Shown: one piece after another, positions 1 through 12,924 of the stretch
How the letters are laid out: each line of letters starts with the position of its first letter
Numbering within the stretch: the stretch's first letter is position 1
Assembly: GCA_021613535.1 (NCBI GenBank)
Contig: CP075492.1
Span: 15,624,001-15,688,000, forward strand
DNA from: Adineta vaga
Lineage: Eukaryota > Animalia > Rotifera
Reading direction: 5' to 3'
Length of the DNA stretch: 64,000 nt
The notes under the pieces: model-generated
The model's database searches: none
Told to the model about the DNA's origin: nothing
What the model saw: only the letters and a program-made list of their open reading frames with translations
Made by a program: the position numbers and the translations under genes

Positions 1-445
1 TCATAACTATAAATAACACTCGCCAAAGGTGACGCGTTTAACCTTCTACTGAAGAATTAACATATTCTTCGTCGATTTTGAAGAAAAAGAAAATCTTATG
101 TTCTAGGATTCTAAATAGAAAGAATTTATTCAAAAAACAATTTTCTATTTTATCTTACAACGAATTATTGATTGATGATTATCAACATCAGAATAAGATG
201 AAATCAGCGTTTACAATATTAGAAATGAAAATAAATCTAAAAAATGTCTTTAATGACAAAAAACCTTCAGAAAGAAAAAAATTAATGATTTTCCTTCTTT
301 TCCATAAGAAGAATTGTGTAATGAATCACATAAAAACATTTAAGAGATACAATTAACGATAAAATAACGACAGAAGTTTCGGGAATAACTACATTTGGTA
401 TCTTTTCTACATATATAGAAACAAAAACTAACAATGATGAACATA

Positions 446-602
446 CCCAGGTCGAACGATGCGGTCCGTTTTGTATCCGTACATAGCCGAAAATTAGCCG
501 TTTCGGTGGAGAACACAGTGCGTTTACGATGCCGTAAATCTGTGACTGTGATTACGCAACAAAACGGTTCATTTTCGGCCGTAAAGTCACCATTTTGTTA
601 CG
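446..602. repeat. Truncated CMC/CACTA-like non-autonomous element end (CCCAGGTCGA... terminus)
   Basis: Starts cccaggtcga at 446, CpG-rich with repeated cgt/acgg motifs; a related end in reverse orientation (gatcgacctggg) lies at 29574-29585. Confidence 0.5.
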
Positions 603-610
603 GTTTACAT

Positions 611-739
611 TAGGGGTGGGTCACTTAACGCTTAATATTAAGTGTTAATTTTTTTTCATTAAAATGCAAAGACTTAATATTGAGCGTTAAGCCAAAACAC
701 TTAACTTAATTTTGAGTTAAGTTAAAAGACCCACCCCTA
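611..739. mobile_element. 129-bp hAT-type MITE
   Basis: 12-bp TIR taggggtgggtc (611-622) / gacccaccccta (728-739); exact 8-bp TSD gtttacat at 603-610 and 740-747; internal cttaa-rich inverted repeats. Confidence 0.9.
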
Positions 740-780
740 GTTTACATTCCGAATACAATAAATACTAATAAAGATTTTAC

Positions 781-1312
781 CATAGATACAAAAAATATTA
801 AAAATGATTCTAACGGATTTCAGACTTTTATCTCTTTCCTGGGAAAGAGATCTTTTTTCTAAAAACAATTCTAATGCTTCATTTCCAATATGACGTTGAA
901 TGCAATGAAAACAATAGTCGTCGTTTTTTGTTATATTTACTAAAGAACCAAATAGGCTTTGAACACGAATATAATGATAAACATCAGATTGATCCATTAA
1001 TAATGGATATGAATAAAAACCACAAAGAAGAGCTAATATCACATAGATAATGAGAAATAAGAGCAAAATCCAAATAAATAAATATATTCTGTTGGTTGCG
1101 CGTAATAAATGGTGATAGTATAGAGTCTAAATGAAAAAAAGATTTAATTGGAGAGTAGATCAAAATCGAAAAGAATTTTTTCCTCTAACAACTATGATGT
1201 GATGTCAATTGATTTGTTCACGATAGATCTCGAACGTTTTTTTTTTGTCATTTGAAATAACTATTCGTTTTCATACCATAGTGATAAAACCCAAATCAAG
1301 ATATTCTGGCAT
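781..1312 (-). CDS. 5' exons of an unknown membrane protein
   Basis: ATG at 1312, exon 1277-1312, GT-AG intron 1127-1276, exon 781-1126 in frame with ORF 737-1066, hydrophobic segment; downstream exons not identified. Confidence 0.45.
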
Positions 1313-1437
1313 CAATTAAGCTGGTGTTCCCTTTAATGTATAGAGTGTTCCATGACTAATTGAAATATACTTACATATACAATGTCAGTAGAGATAGTAT
1401 TCATATTAGTGTGCTCCTCTGTTAACGACGAGAAAAA

Positions 1438-1487
1438 GAGGGTGTGGGTGCTAGATACATGTATTACCCTCACACACCCACACCCTC
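1438..1487. repeat. Telomere-like hairpin element (best-preserved copy)
   Basis: Perfect 13-bp inverted repeat gagggtgtgggtg / cacccacaccctc, 24-bp spacer. Confidence 0.85.
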
Positions 1488-1824
1488 AAAATGGGCAATT
1501 GTTCATTTGCTTCCACTAATTGCGCCACTGAACCTGATGGATCGCCATAGTTTGTCCAGTGTGGCACGAACTAAAAGACGCTAATAGTTTTTACATTCTC
1601 ATTGCTATATAGGATATTTTTTAAAGCTTCTTAAGAATATCATATGTTTGAATAGTTCCATTCATACTAAATTGACAAACATCTCATTTAGAAAAATGTA
1701 GTTCATTTCAGAATGAGTGTTATTTTAGAAACTTTGATGAGGAATGACTTGCATAATATTTTAAATATCAACAGATTGTACTTGATCTGACATTTGTTTT
1801 ACAAAATGAGAGAAAGAAAAACAT

Positions 1825-3402
1825 CTATGTAGTCAAACAAGGAAAATAATTATGAAAATGTTCTGGACAGACAATAATTTCATCAAATACAAGTTCTTTT
1901 AATTGATTACAATTGATTTGTGTTGTAACATTAGTAAAATTATCTGTAACAGTAAGTAATTTATCATATTGTATTTTAAGTATAGAAAGCTTTGGAACAT
2001 ATGCTTTTGTATGGCATAGAAATTGATAAACATAATCAACATGTGCATGAGTTAATCTGAATCGAATAATATTATTATATGAAATACATAATCGATTTTC
2101 ACATTTATTAAGTTGTGCTAGAAAATTATCCAATGTTAAATATTTCAATAATGGAATTGCTTTCGAAATCCATTGAAAAAAATCATATTCAAATGGGCGT
2201 GTATCATATAATGTTAGGTCAATTACAAATTGAAAATAATGATTTTGAATACTCTTCGTAAGATACATAAAAAAAGTCATTTGAAATGGAATTGAATAAA
2301 TATGACAATAAGTATTTGCATTAGACAAATGATCGATACTACAACCAACTTGAGAATATTTGTAATTGATAAATGTATTTTCAATATCATTTGTTGATAA
2401 ATAATCATTTGTGTAACATGTTAGCATAAATGTACAAATATGAAATGTAAATTTATCTAAATTTAACATATGACAAAGAATATTTTCGTTAACAACAATT
2501 CCGTCAGTCACTTTCATCCGAAGTGTATAAAGACATAAAGTTAGTTTTTTTAAATTAATCATTCGATGAAGAAGTCGAACAATTCGACAATCATAAGCAG
2601 TTGTAAAATGAGGACATGTTAAAGAGAATTCTTTCAATCGAAGCAGTTTTCCCTAAAAAAAAAACAAGTCATTCTTTATAAATTTATACGTATACAATTT
2701 TCTACTTACACAACTATCTGTAATTATTGATGATGTTTCAATAAATGTTACACGTACTGTCAATGAAGATAAACTTTTCAAACGACCATCAAGTAAATAA
2801 AGACAATCATCAAATGTTTTCACATAAATACTTAGTGTTTGTAAATATGATGAATAACAAATATTTTGAGAATAATCATCTAATGTAAATCGAGAAAGTA
2901 TAAGCAATTCAGATTGATTCATATCTAAATAAGTACATTTTTCACAAATTAGAAGAAAACATTCAAAAACATTTGTAAATGATATATCATTAAACATTTC
3001 ATTTCGAATTTTTAAAGTAATAGATTTGATTTGTTCTTTTAATAAAAGAATATCTGGTGAAAACTCAACGAAAACAAGAGTATGAAGATTAGGAAATTGA
3101 GAAGAACGAATACGTTCAATATTAGTAGTTTCAAGAGTCATCATTTGTATACGATCATGTTTTTGAGGTAATATTTCAATACAGAATCGATGGAGTTTAT
3201 CAGAATCTATTGAGCATATTTGTCCATCTGATAATTCAATTGAAAAATTTATTGATTTCGACTGACTATTTCTTACAATGCGATCTAGTCGTTGAGTACT
3301 ATTCAATAATGAATAAACAACATTGAATGAACTCAGTTTATTGAAAATAATCAATAATATTTCATCAGGTAAGTCGAGTAGATCAAGAATTTGTTTATTC
3401 AT
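1825..3402 (-). CDS. F-box/LRR-like protein (bdelloid-expanded type), 2 exons
   Basis: N-terminal LLDLPDEILLIIFNKL F-box motif; 57-bp GT-AG intron 2653-2709 joins the two ORFs in frame. Confidence 0.8.
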
Positions 3403-3621
3403 ATTAAATAGATATTATATGAATTTTGTCAATCATCATTCAATTTTATATACGTTGCCCGCTGACTGTTTAAATAGACGACCATCACATATTTCTTAGC
3501 TTACACAACGCAATAATCTTAACCCATACCCACATCCATCCTCTAATTAAAACTGTTTTGACTGATTTTTTGTTGGCATTTTGAGAATATTTATTCAAGA
3601 AAAAAAATTTATTATAATGTA

Positions 3622-5586
3622 TCATTGTGATATTTGATTACCATATTTATGTAACCATTTAAGTTCTTCACGAACTTTAATTTTTTGATGCCATGGATTA
3701 TTATTTAATGCATGACCTTCATTAGGAAACGTAATAAGTTGTACTGGTATTCCTCGCGAGTAAAGTGCTCGTTCAAAAATATAACTTTGACTTGAAGGGA
3801 CACGAGTATCAATTTCACCAGTAACAATATGTGTTGGTGTACGTACTTTATCCAAATAATAAATAGGTGATTCGTTTTTATACAAATCCGGTACATTCCA
3901 TGGAAATCCTCCAAATAAATTTTCAATAAGTACAGGCATATCTAGCATTCCCCATGTAGAACTAAGATCAATTGCACCAGAACCCGATAAAGCAACATTA
4001 AAACGTTGAGTTTGTGTAATTAACCAATTTGTTAAAAATCCACCATAACTATAACCACCAACAGCAAGTCTTTTTGAATCAACAAGTCCATCTCTAATTA
4101 AATTATCAATTCCAAAGAGAATATCATTTCCAGGTAGAGATAATGGTCTATGACGTATTTGATTTAAAAATTCATCACCATATCCAGTCGAACCACGATA
4201 GTTAGGTTCTAAAACAAGCCAACCTTGTGTTGCAGCTAATGGTGCCCAATAACCACCATTATAATTGAGATGATTGACACTTGCATAATATGGGCCACCA
4301 TGAATAAGAACTAACAGAGGAAGATTTTTTGATTGAAATTTATCTGGTGGATAATGCAATATCCCTTCTATAGTTTGATTATCATCTTGATTTGTCCAAG
4401 TATAAACTATTCCTTGAGGTAAATTTCTTTGAATAAATAATTGATTATTATTTGTTATAGATTTAGCTAAATTAAGTTCATCTATATTATCGATAAAATA
4501 AATTTCCATAGGTTTATTAAAAGATGAATGAACGAATGCAATCAAATTCTTTTTATTTGATATAACAATGGATTCATAAGTGCCATTCCATCCATGATGA
4601 TGAATTAAATCTTCTTTTAATAATTGTTTTGTATAAATATGTACTTGTGTACCTAATTGTCCAAGAATAAGAATATTTCCATTAAATTGATTTGCATAAC
4701 CAATAATATTACCAGAAAAATGTTTTCCTATTTGTTTCATATTTCCATTAATTAAATTCATTGAATAAAGTCGACCTTGTGTATCATTGAATTGTTTTTT
4801 TGTTGAACATAATGATAAAGTTCGAAAGAGAATTTCATTACTATCATCGATAGATAATTGTAAATCTTCTTCAATTGCTTCATTATTTGTTAATTTAACT
4901 AATAAAAATGATGAATTTTGAAGATTTATTGAATAAATTTCAAAATCTTCAATATTTTCCATAATTATTCTTACAGATGTAAACACAAGTTGATCGACTG
5001 ATGGAACATAAATAATTTCATTAATTAAAAATGAAATATTTTTAATAAAATTTATGTTTATTGGTGCAAATAATTGATTTCTATCGAAATTAATTTCAAA
5101 AATCGTACTAATTTCATCATTTATTTGAAATTCAATAACATTTTTCTCTTTATTTGTTAATGCAACTAAATAAAATGAGAAATCATATTTTGACCATGTA
5201 AAACCTAACGGAATTGTTTCATTTCCAATTCTAATCGATACTAATTCATTGGATTGTACAGAATATAAATATAAATTTTGGTCATTGTTTAAAGTTAATG
5301 CAATATAATTTCCAGTCGGTGACCATTTTGGTTTTATTGATGGATGAAGATTTTCTGTGATTAAGATTTTTTGTTTATTTTCAATATTATAAATCCATAA
5401 ATTATGTGAATAAGAGTTATTATTCCATAATGGATATCGACTATGAAAAAGTAAATATTCGTCGTTTGATGAAAAACTTAAGAATGGGTATGTTGTATAA
5501 TCAAAAAATTCATCAAATGTTACTGTTGGATTCGAAAAACAGAATAAAACATGATAAAAATTGAATAATAAATAATAGATTTTCAT
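3622..5586 (-). CDS. Secreted S9-family peptidase (dipeptidyl/acylaminoacyl peptidase), intronless, bacterial-like
   Basis: Signal peptide, propeller-like N-terminus, IHGGP, NYRGSTGYG, nucleophile GYSYGG, D (DTRVP), H (EGH). Confidence 0.9.
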   Translation of the reverse strand: MKIYYLLFNFYHVLFCFSNPTVTFDEFFDYTTYPFLSFSSNDEYLLFHSRYPLWNNNSYSHNLWIYNIENKQKILITENLHPSIKPKWSPTGNYIALTLNNDQNLYLYSVQSNELVSIRIGNETIPLGFTWSKYDFSFYLVALTNKEKNVIEFQINDEISTIFEINFDRNQLFAPININFIKNISFLINEIIYVPSVDQLVFTSVRIIMENIEDFEIYSINLQNSSFLLVKLTNNEAIEEDLQLSIDDSNEILFRTLSLCSTKKQFNDTQGRLYSMNLINGNMKQIGKHFSGNIIGYANQFNGNILILGQLGTQVHIYTKQLLKEDLIHHHGWNGTYESIVISNKKNLIAFVHSSFNKPMEIYFIDNIDELNLAKSITNNNQLFIQRNLPQGIVYTWTNQDDNQTIEGILHYPPDKFQSKNLPLLVLIHGGPYYASVNHLNYNGGYWAPLAATQGWLVLEPNYRGSTGYGDEFLNQIRHRPLSLPGNDILFGIDNLIRDGLVDSKRLAVGGYSYGGFLTNWLITQTQRFNVALSGSGAIDLSSTWGMLDMPVLIENLFGGFPWNVPDLYKNESPIYYLDKVRTPTHIVTGEIDTRVPSSQSYIFERALYSRGIPVQLITFPNEGHALNNNPWHQKIKVREELKWLHKYGNQISQ

Positions 5587-6096
5587 TCTTTTTAGAAAAT
5601 AAAATGACTATTGTTTTTATCATTCGTACTATATTCTCATGATGATATAACCTTTCAATAGGATAATAATAAAGCAAATATCTCTTCACATTCTAACAAA
5701 GAATAAGATTAAGGATTTAAAGAAACATGATATTTATCTTGGTCTTTTACTCGAGAGTACAACTAGGGACATCGATACTATAGTATTGAAAAACGATAGT
5801 GACCGAGAAGAAGCACACATTTTGCTGATCTACAAGATTTTTATCTCGATAAAAAAATTGTAGAAATAAACAGAACACAACAAAATCAAGTTATTTTCAA
5901 AGTATTAAGATAAAAAATGAATTCTTTATTTTTCAGTATATCGAACGATGCACGGTTGAGGCTTAAGATAAGAATATCAATTTTATTGAAGATTATAAAA
6001 GAAACAATATATATGGGATTTTCAAATGAAAACATATTTCCTAAATTGTCATATTACATAAGTAAGCTAATATTTTGCCAAGGTTCACTAGTCCTT

Positions 6097-7476
6097 CTAA
6101 CCGAGTACTTGTTTTAAGGAATCAATCGCCGCTCTAATATCTTTTGAACAATCTCTTTTACATGCTTGTATTAAATCGCCGAAAACATATCGAAGTCCAA
6201 ACAATTTGAGTTTCTTCTTGCTCAGAGTAGCGCCATTGCAATTATGATATTCTTGTTCGAAAGCATTTCGAAGTGATTCTATTTCGTTTTCTTCAATACT
6301 GGCCTGTCGACAGTAGTGTACAAATCGTCGTTCGAAGTTAGCTACATCGTCCTCAGGTGCACCGATCGGGTTACCCTTGGAGTCCATAGAGTAATGTAAC
6401 GAGGGTGTATCTATGAAGGTAACACCTTTCGAAAAGTCCCAGAACAAGTTGCCAGGATGTGCATCTCCATGAACAATTGCTGAGACACTACGATCGCAGC
6501 GACACTCTTCTATCACTTGTTCCAGTTGGCGCAGCACTTCATCCATATCCAATTGAATAATATCCGGATAATTTACATACGTTTTGGCAATTACTGAGGC
6601 TAAATGGCGTGCTCGATCAATCTGGACACTTAAATAATTGTTCGATAACGAGTCACCAGAATTATCAGGTCGTGTATGTAATTGTGCAAAAGCACGGCCA
6701 TCTCTACTACTGCCTTGCGTAATTGATTCAATAGATTTTGCTTGTCACTAACCATCGTCGATCTATTAACGGAGTCAATGAGATCAACGATTGATTTCCC
6801 TTGTGCAACTTTCGAGACAAGGACAGCAGTATCATTGGCATCCTTGATTTTAGCTGCGGCCAATGGAGCTGGAATTGTAAAGTGAGTGAATTCAGGCGAA
6901 CGAAGTCGAGCCAACGATGACAGCTCTCGAACAAGTTCTTCGGATCTGGAAAATACCTTACTGACTGCAATTATCCATATTAGATGCGTTGTAGACAAAA
7001 TAGATCGATGCACCCGATCGACCTCTAGCTCCACCTTTTGGAGCTTCTATCAGGTCGATCTTTGCGTTCCCGAGAGCAACTCCGACGAAGTTAATTAAAG
7101 CATCGTTGGTATTGTCGATTTCTTCAATTGTATCCAAGAGTGAATTCATTCCAACTGCATCGACATTTCCATCTTCTGTTCTGCATGCAGTCGCCATGGT
7201 CAACAACACGTCGATCTTATGACTAATCGAATATTTGTGCTCAGGTTGAGCACCGTATTTTATCTGATCATTCTCTGATAGTGATTCTATCTGCATCACT
7301 GCAGAACATGTTTCAGAAAAGTCTTTTCTTGTATTGCGATTGTTGGTTGATGTTTGTGTCATACATGTTGTCTTAGCATATCTTATTGACGATAATGCGC
7401 TTGAATTAGTTTCTAACGGATGTTCACCAACTGCTAATTGTTGGTCGAAAATGTCACAGGAACATTGAGTTTCCAT
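6097..7476 (-). pseudogene. Aminoglycoside phosphotransferase/choline-kinase-like gene split by two frameshifts
   Basis: GRSGASIY loop, AVSK lysine, ELVRE helix, (R)AFAQLH and IVHGDAHPGN...FID motifs spread over three frames; shifts near 6975 and 6697; intronless and visibly more GC-rich than the flanks. Confidence 0.75.
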
Positions 7477-7893
7477 AATAGAATTATTTTGTGTATCAGT
7501 ATGTGTTTATTATGCACGAAAATATATAACTTTTCCTTCAGTAATATGCACCTTCAAAAGCAGAAAAAAGGCTGTTAAGTACCTGTGTATGGCAATGTTT
7601 GTATAGTGACTGTGGAGAGAGAATTCGTTCAATTAACATTTATGACACATTTGGTTTCTTCCACACCACGGCGATTGCTTTCGTTTACAGAGTGAAAAAG
7701 TTCGCATTAATCGAGTGTACATGTGCTTCTTTTCTGTCAGAAGTATATTTGTACTCTGTTTCTCAAACAAAAATTCGTTAAAATATGTAAATATGACAAA
7801 TATTATTTGAAGTAAATCGATCGATAATGTCATAAAACAAGATAAAAATAGATGATTAGTACCATAAGTCATCATAATAAAATAATTTAACAG

Positions 7894-9145
7894 ACACTTA
7901 CTACTCTGTCAATAGAAGGATACGACACAGAGTGTTCGAAATATATGTCTAGCAGAAATGCGACAATTAGATCAAGCATGATAGTAATATGATATACTCA
8001 CAATCGCATATTCATACTACAGATGTCATGACAGACATCACTCACGTTACTAAAATTGCAAAGAAGTTTACTTTATCCAATAGGAGCATATCATTTTGCT
8101 GAGGCATCGAAATTCGATCAAGTGGGTCTAATGTGTACTTCTTTGAGTACATCTGAAATGCGATTTTTATTGATAGACATTTATTACGTTGGATCTCAGC
8201 CATAATAAAGGTACTGATAAAGGAGCAGGACATATAGTTGATGCACTACGAATCAATCGAGTACGAGACTATGGTAGAAATTCTCAACGATTGTTCATTG
8301 TTATGGAGATTTGTAGACGATCACCAATCTTGATCTTAGTGGTAATCGATTCCATGTTCATGGTATATCGAATATTGTTGAAGCATTGCAAACCAATCAG
8401 GTAAAAGAGAACATATGAATTACTCTAGAGAATCAGCATAATGATCTGTACTTTCAGGTACTATATTCTTTGTCATTGGGTAGATTTCGAATCGATGAGA
8501 TTATGCTACAGAACATTACTGAAGCATCGAAGATCAACAAAGTAGGATCATGATTTATTCGATTTTGTCTAGTTAACATCTGTCTATGTCTTAATCAGAC
8601 GCTCACCAGCATGTATCTTAATGGTTGTCGTATGGATGGTCGCAACTCCAAATATCTGGGCGAAGTTATAAGAGATAATTCGGTAGAATTCAAATCTGTT
8701 GTTTTAAATACTTCAACCTTACAAAATGGTTTCTTAGACAATAGCGACGTTTAGTCTACAAAGAAATCAAATCAATGTTGCTGGTCGTCAATATTTAGCC
8801 GATGCACTTCGATGTAATCAGGTATGAATGTGATACGATAATTCAAGTGTATTATCAATTTTATAATAATGCACAATAGATACTTACTACATTAGATATC
8901 AGTTACAATCGAATTACTACTGATGGAGTTAAGATCAGTACTCTCTCATGATATCACATCGTTACGTTTCATATCATAAAACAGACACTAATCTTACTTG
9001 ATCTACGAGAAAATCAGATCAATAATGAGATGGCAAACCTCTTCAAGATTCTGCAACAAAACAAACCGGTAAGATATTGTATCTATATCTTCATTAATCT
9101 TTTGTATTCTTTCAGTTGAAGGGCATGAGCTTGTTACTGAATTGA
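7894..9145 (+). CDS. Multi-exon RI-type leucine-rich-repeat gene (NLRC3-like LRRs); 5' part degenerate or not identified
   Basis: 84-bp phase-0 exons each encoding one 28-aa LRR: 8177-8260, 8317-8400 (TITNLDLSGNRF..), 8458-8541, 8599-8682, 8738-8821, 8985-9068; last exon 9116-9145. Confidence 0.75.
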
Positions 9146-9644
9146 CCAAAAAACAAATTCCATAAGCATTTCAATATATGATGAAAGTTTTTTCTCTCTA
9201 CTCGTCCAAAATTTGCAAAAAAAGAGGTATGCGTGTGTATCATTTGGAAATTGTATTCGATAAGATAAAATCATACATGGTGAGAAATAATGTATCTGTT
9301 TCTATTCATTGAATCCAATAGAAAAAATCAAATATTTCACTTTTTTTCTCCTTATAAAAATATAATTTAAACGAGAAATTGATTGTTCGATTACTCACCT
9401 TGAATTATATCTATTATATATAGAATCCATCTGTCGATGTTCGCATTACTAATTACAAATTTTGTTATTTTTAATCAGAAATCAAATACAAAATCTTGTC
9501 ATTGCCGCTTATCTATTTACTATGACTCAATATTTCTATGTTGAGTATATAAGGTGAAGTAAAAATGTATGGTTAGTATCACTGAGGTAGCGCGTTTTAT
9601 AATCATAATTTTAACATCAATCTTCGAATATCAACAAGAAAAAA

Positions 9645-10064
9645 ATGAACAACTGGATTGTATTTTTAACATTATTGGTCGCCTGTATTGGTAAGAAAGT
9701 TATTATTTCTTCTCAACTTGATCAAATTTATTTCATTTCATTTAGGATGTGCAAATGCTATCAATTGTTACTTTTGTCCAAATTGTCCTTATCCATTTAA
9801 TGCAAAATTACCAGCTGTCTCAATAACTGTAGGAAGTACAGGATTTTGTGCTGTAAGTCTATAAGCAATTCATTAATAATGTTGAAAGTAAATTCTTATT
9901 ATCTCTAGAAAAAAAGTACTTCATCTGATCCAAGTGCTCCCGCTAGTCGAGGTCCTGCTGAAGCTGGTCTTTGTGCATCACCCGGATGCCGATGGCAATA
10001 TGATGCAAGTGGTCGACAAATCTACGTTTGTTGTTGTACCGGTGATTATTGCAATTGTGCTTAA
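9645..10064 (+). CDS. Secreted Ly6/three-finger (quiver-like) small protein, 3 exons
   Basis: Exons 9645-9690, 9746-9852, 9909-10064 splice in frame: signal MNNWIVFLTLLVACIGCANA, then INCYFC...CCCTGDYCNCA stop. Confidence 0.8.
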
Positions 10065-11357
10065 TAAAAGCAAAACGTAGAACCATACGAACGCTCATTT
10101 TCAGAAAAAATATTCTTATTTTTTTTTGAGAGTAAGATTTTCTTATAATAATAAATTTTGTTTGGTGTTGGGAGAAAGGATTTTTTAGTTTATTTAAAAT
10201 ACTATGTTAATTAATGAATAACAAACAAACAATTGTGTATTAAAGAGTTGTTCGAATGATTAATCATAATATGAATTGAAAATATTTGAGGGTGTGTGCG
10301 TGCTTTCAGGCAGAATCGCAAACACGATACAGATAATTTGATATTGTTGTATACTTTGTGAAGAGAAATATAATTATACGTTTGTTTGCAACGTATAGTA
10401 CAACGAAAAAACAAAATCCTGTTAGCGGTGATATAATTATCACTTTTATTATTAGGTGAAGTATGTTATTTCCAATAATATTCGTTTGTGTTCTGTTCTT
10501 TTTCCATTAGATTGAAGAGAATTTATTTTTTTATTCTTTTTCTGGTTGTGCAATCTTACAAAGTGATCTAGTTCGAAATAGATTGAATTAACTTGTATAA
10601 GGATGGCAGCTAGATTCGAACATCAATACCATTGACACTCGTAGTCGTACTAAGATCTGATTCAATTAAAATTATTCACCTCGAATAGTACTTTGAGGAA
10701 ATTTTCAACTTTGAATAAAGAATAGAAATTATTTTACGTCAAGATTTTTCTTTTATTTTTCTCCTATAAATACAGATCGCAATGAAATAAATATCGTCTC
10801 ATAAGACTATATGTCAATCAGATGTGTTTTCAATCTTAGAGAAAATGTTGATAAAATTTGAATAGAATTTTTTGTGTTGTTCAAAACCTATTGAATTAAC
10901 AGAAATGACATGAGCAATTATTTGAAATTTCTTTCGAATGCACTATAATCGAAATAAATAAATTGGTCAAACCCTAAACACATTGACTGCACAATTTCTA
11001 AAGCATACAAGTCGTCTCATTCAGCAGTGCATTGATCTTCGTAGAAGTGAATTTAAAACTTCTACAAAAACAAGAATTGTCGAAAATTTACATCGATTTG
11101 TGATAAACTAAGAATGAGAAAATCAAGTAATTATGACATATGATATTTTCAACTTTTTCAATAAAAACTTTTAGCATATTATTAATACAATTTTCTTGAT
11201 TTTCCAAGGAGTGGAGCTTTTACAAATAAAGTCTCGAATAGAATAGTTGAGACAGAGATTGTAGTTTTTCGGTACCTACTGGTAAATTATAAAGTTGTTT
11301 CAACTACGCAAAAGACAAAACATTGATCAAAGCGATTGTACATATTGAACGAACTTA

Positions 11358-11939
11358 CGAGGAAGGTTCACCAACTTGCAAATCCCTTTCGGGTTCAAAC
11401 ATAGTTGGTCATAGGCAATCGACCATGCTGAATCCGAATATCATGGTCGTTACGGCTAATGCTATGCCAGAGAACCGCTTCTCTGAAAGCCGAGCTTCCG
11501 GAGAACCAACATTTTCCCAAATGTTGTTTTCCATTGCCTCACGTTATAGAGCACATCGAACTGTGTGTGAATCAATATGTGTTTTTTTCTTGCAAGAGTG
11601 GTTTCCACGAAACCAAAAGGAACTTTTGTTTTTATATGAAAATGCTATGGTATGCATCCATCATATGAATTTAATTAACTATCTGTCTTAGAAAAAATCG
11701 ATATGAAATAAAAACAATTATTGTATTGTAGACACTTCGATATGCTCTATAATCTGAGCTTATAAAAAACAAAATTCGAAATTTGTTGTGGTGTTCTAGA
11801 AGCCCTGTTTACAGAGAAGCGGTTCTCTGGCATAGCATTAGCCGTAACGACCATGATATTCGGATTCAGCATGGTCGATTGCCTATGACCAACTATGTTT
11901 GAACCCGCAAGAGATTTTCAAGTTGGTGAACCTTCCTCG
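11358..11939. mobile_element. 582-bp MITE with 128-bp TIRs, PIF/Harbinger-like
   Basis: TIRs 11358-11485 and 11812-11939 differ at 3 positions; flanked by TTA on both sides (11355-11357, 11940-11942). Confidence 0.9.
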
Positions 11940-12924
11940 TTAGATTAAAAAAATCTTTTCTTGCTGGGAAGAATTTTCGCAGTCAATCGTGCAACTGAAA
12001 CTCGTCGTGTATAGCGTAACGAGTAAAAGAAGCCTGTCTCGTCATATAAAATATATTTTTTTCAGTCAAAAAAAGTCCATATGACGAATGATTTTAATAT
12101 ACTTTTTTCTTGAAAAAAGTGTTCTTCATCTGCTACGTTGAAGTTTGCATCCTCACGCGTTAAATTATATTCTCTTCCTTGTTATTGCTTCTCTTGATGG
12201 TGAAATGAAATTAAAAACTCATAAATTTTTTTCCTTTTTCTTTCTTTGAAGTATTTTTTAACTTAATTGTAGACAAAACTTAGAACTCATGGGATAAATT
12301 GTCGTCGTAGGTAACGAAATTTTTATACTATTATTCTGTTACTCATCACTTTATTGAATATGTTTCTTCATCGTACATAATACATCAGACCTTACTCAGA
12401 CATTTGCATCAATCAATTCAGGAAAGACTTAGTCTTCTTCAAACCTAATGAGTCTGCTTATTGTTCTTTGATATGTTTATTATTATATGACTATGAACAT
12501 ATTGATAACCTTTACTAAGAGTTAGTAGAATAAATTGTTACAAGATGAAGCGAGATTCATAGTTATTCAATAAAAAGAAACCTATAGTACAGTTCTTCTT
12601 ATTAATTGTCGTAGGATCTTTAATAAAATATTTTTTTTAAATAAGTATTGAATTGAATCTCTGCGAAATTTTGATATCGAATGAATTCAAATCGTATTAT
12701 ACAGTTCATCATTCAACAATTACAACTGAACTTTTTATTTGCATTCTATAACACTAACGTTCATCCACACTCTGTTTAGGAAAACTTTCTGGAATTTTTA
12801 TTTTATATTGTAATTGTAGCACATGATATTAATGATCAAATAAGTAACAATTCATAAATATTCGATATGATTTTATTCGTTTCTTTCAGATTATTCTTAT
12901 TTTCTTTCGATCAAACGATAATAA

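Noticed and set aside
78-356. 92-aa Lys-rich ORF and many other short or antisense ORFs in the track
   Set aside because: AT-rich chance ORFs or shadows of real genes
11323-11691. ORFs of 122 and 69 aa
   Set aside because: Lie within or across the MITE; no transposase motifs
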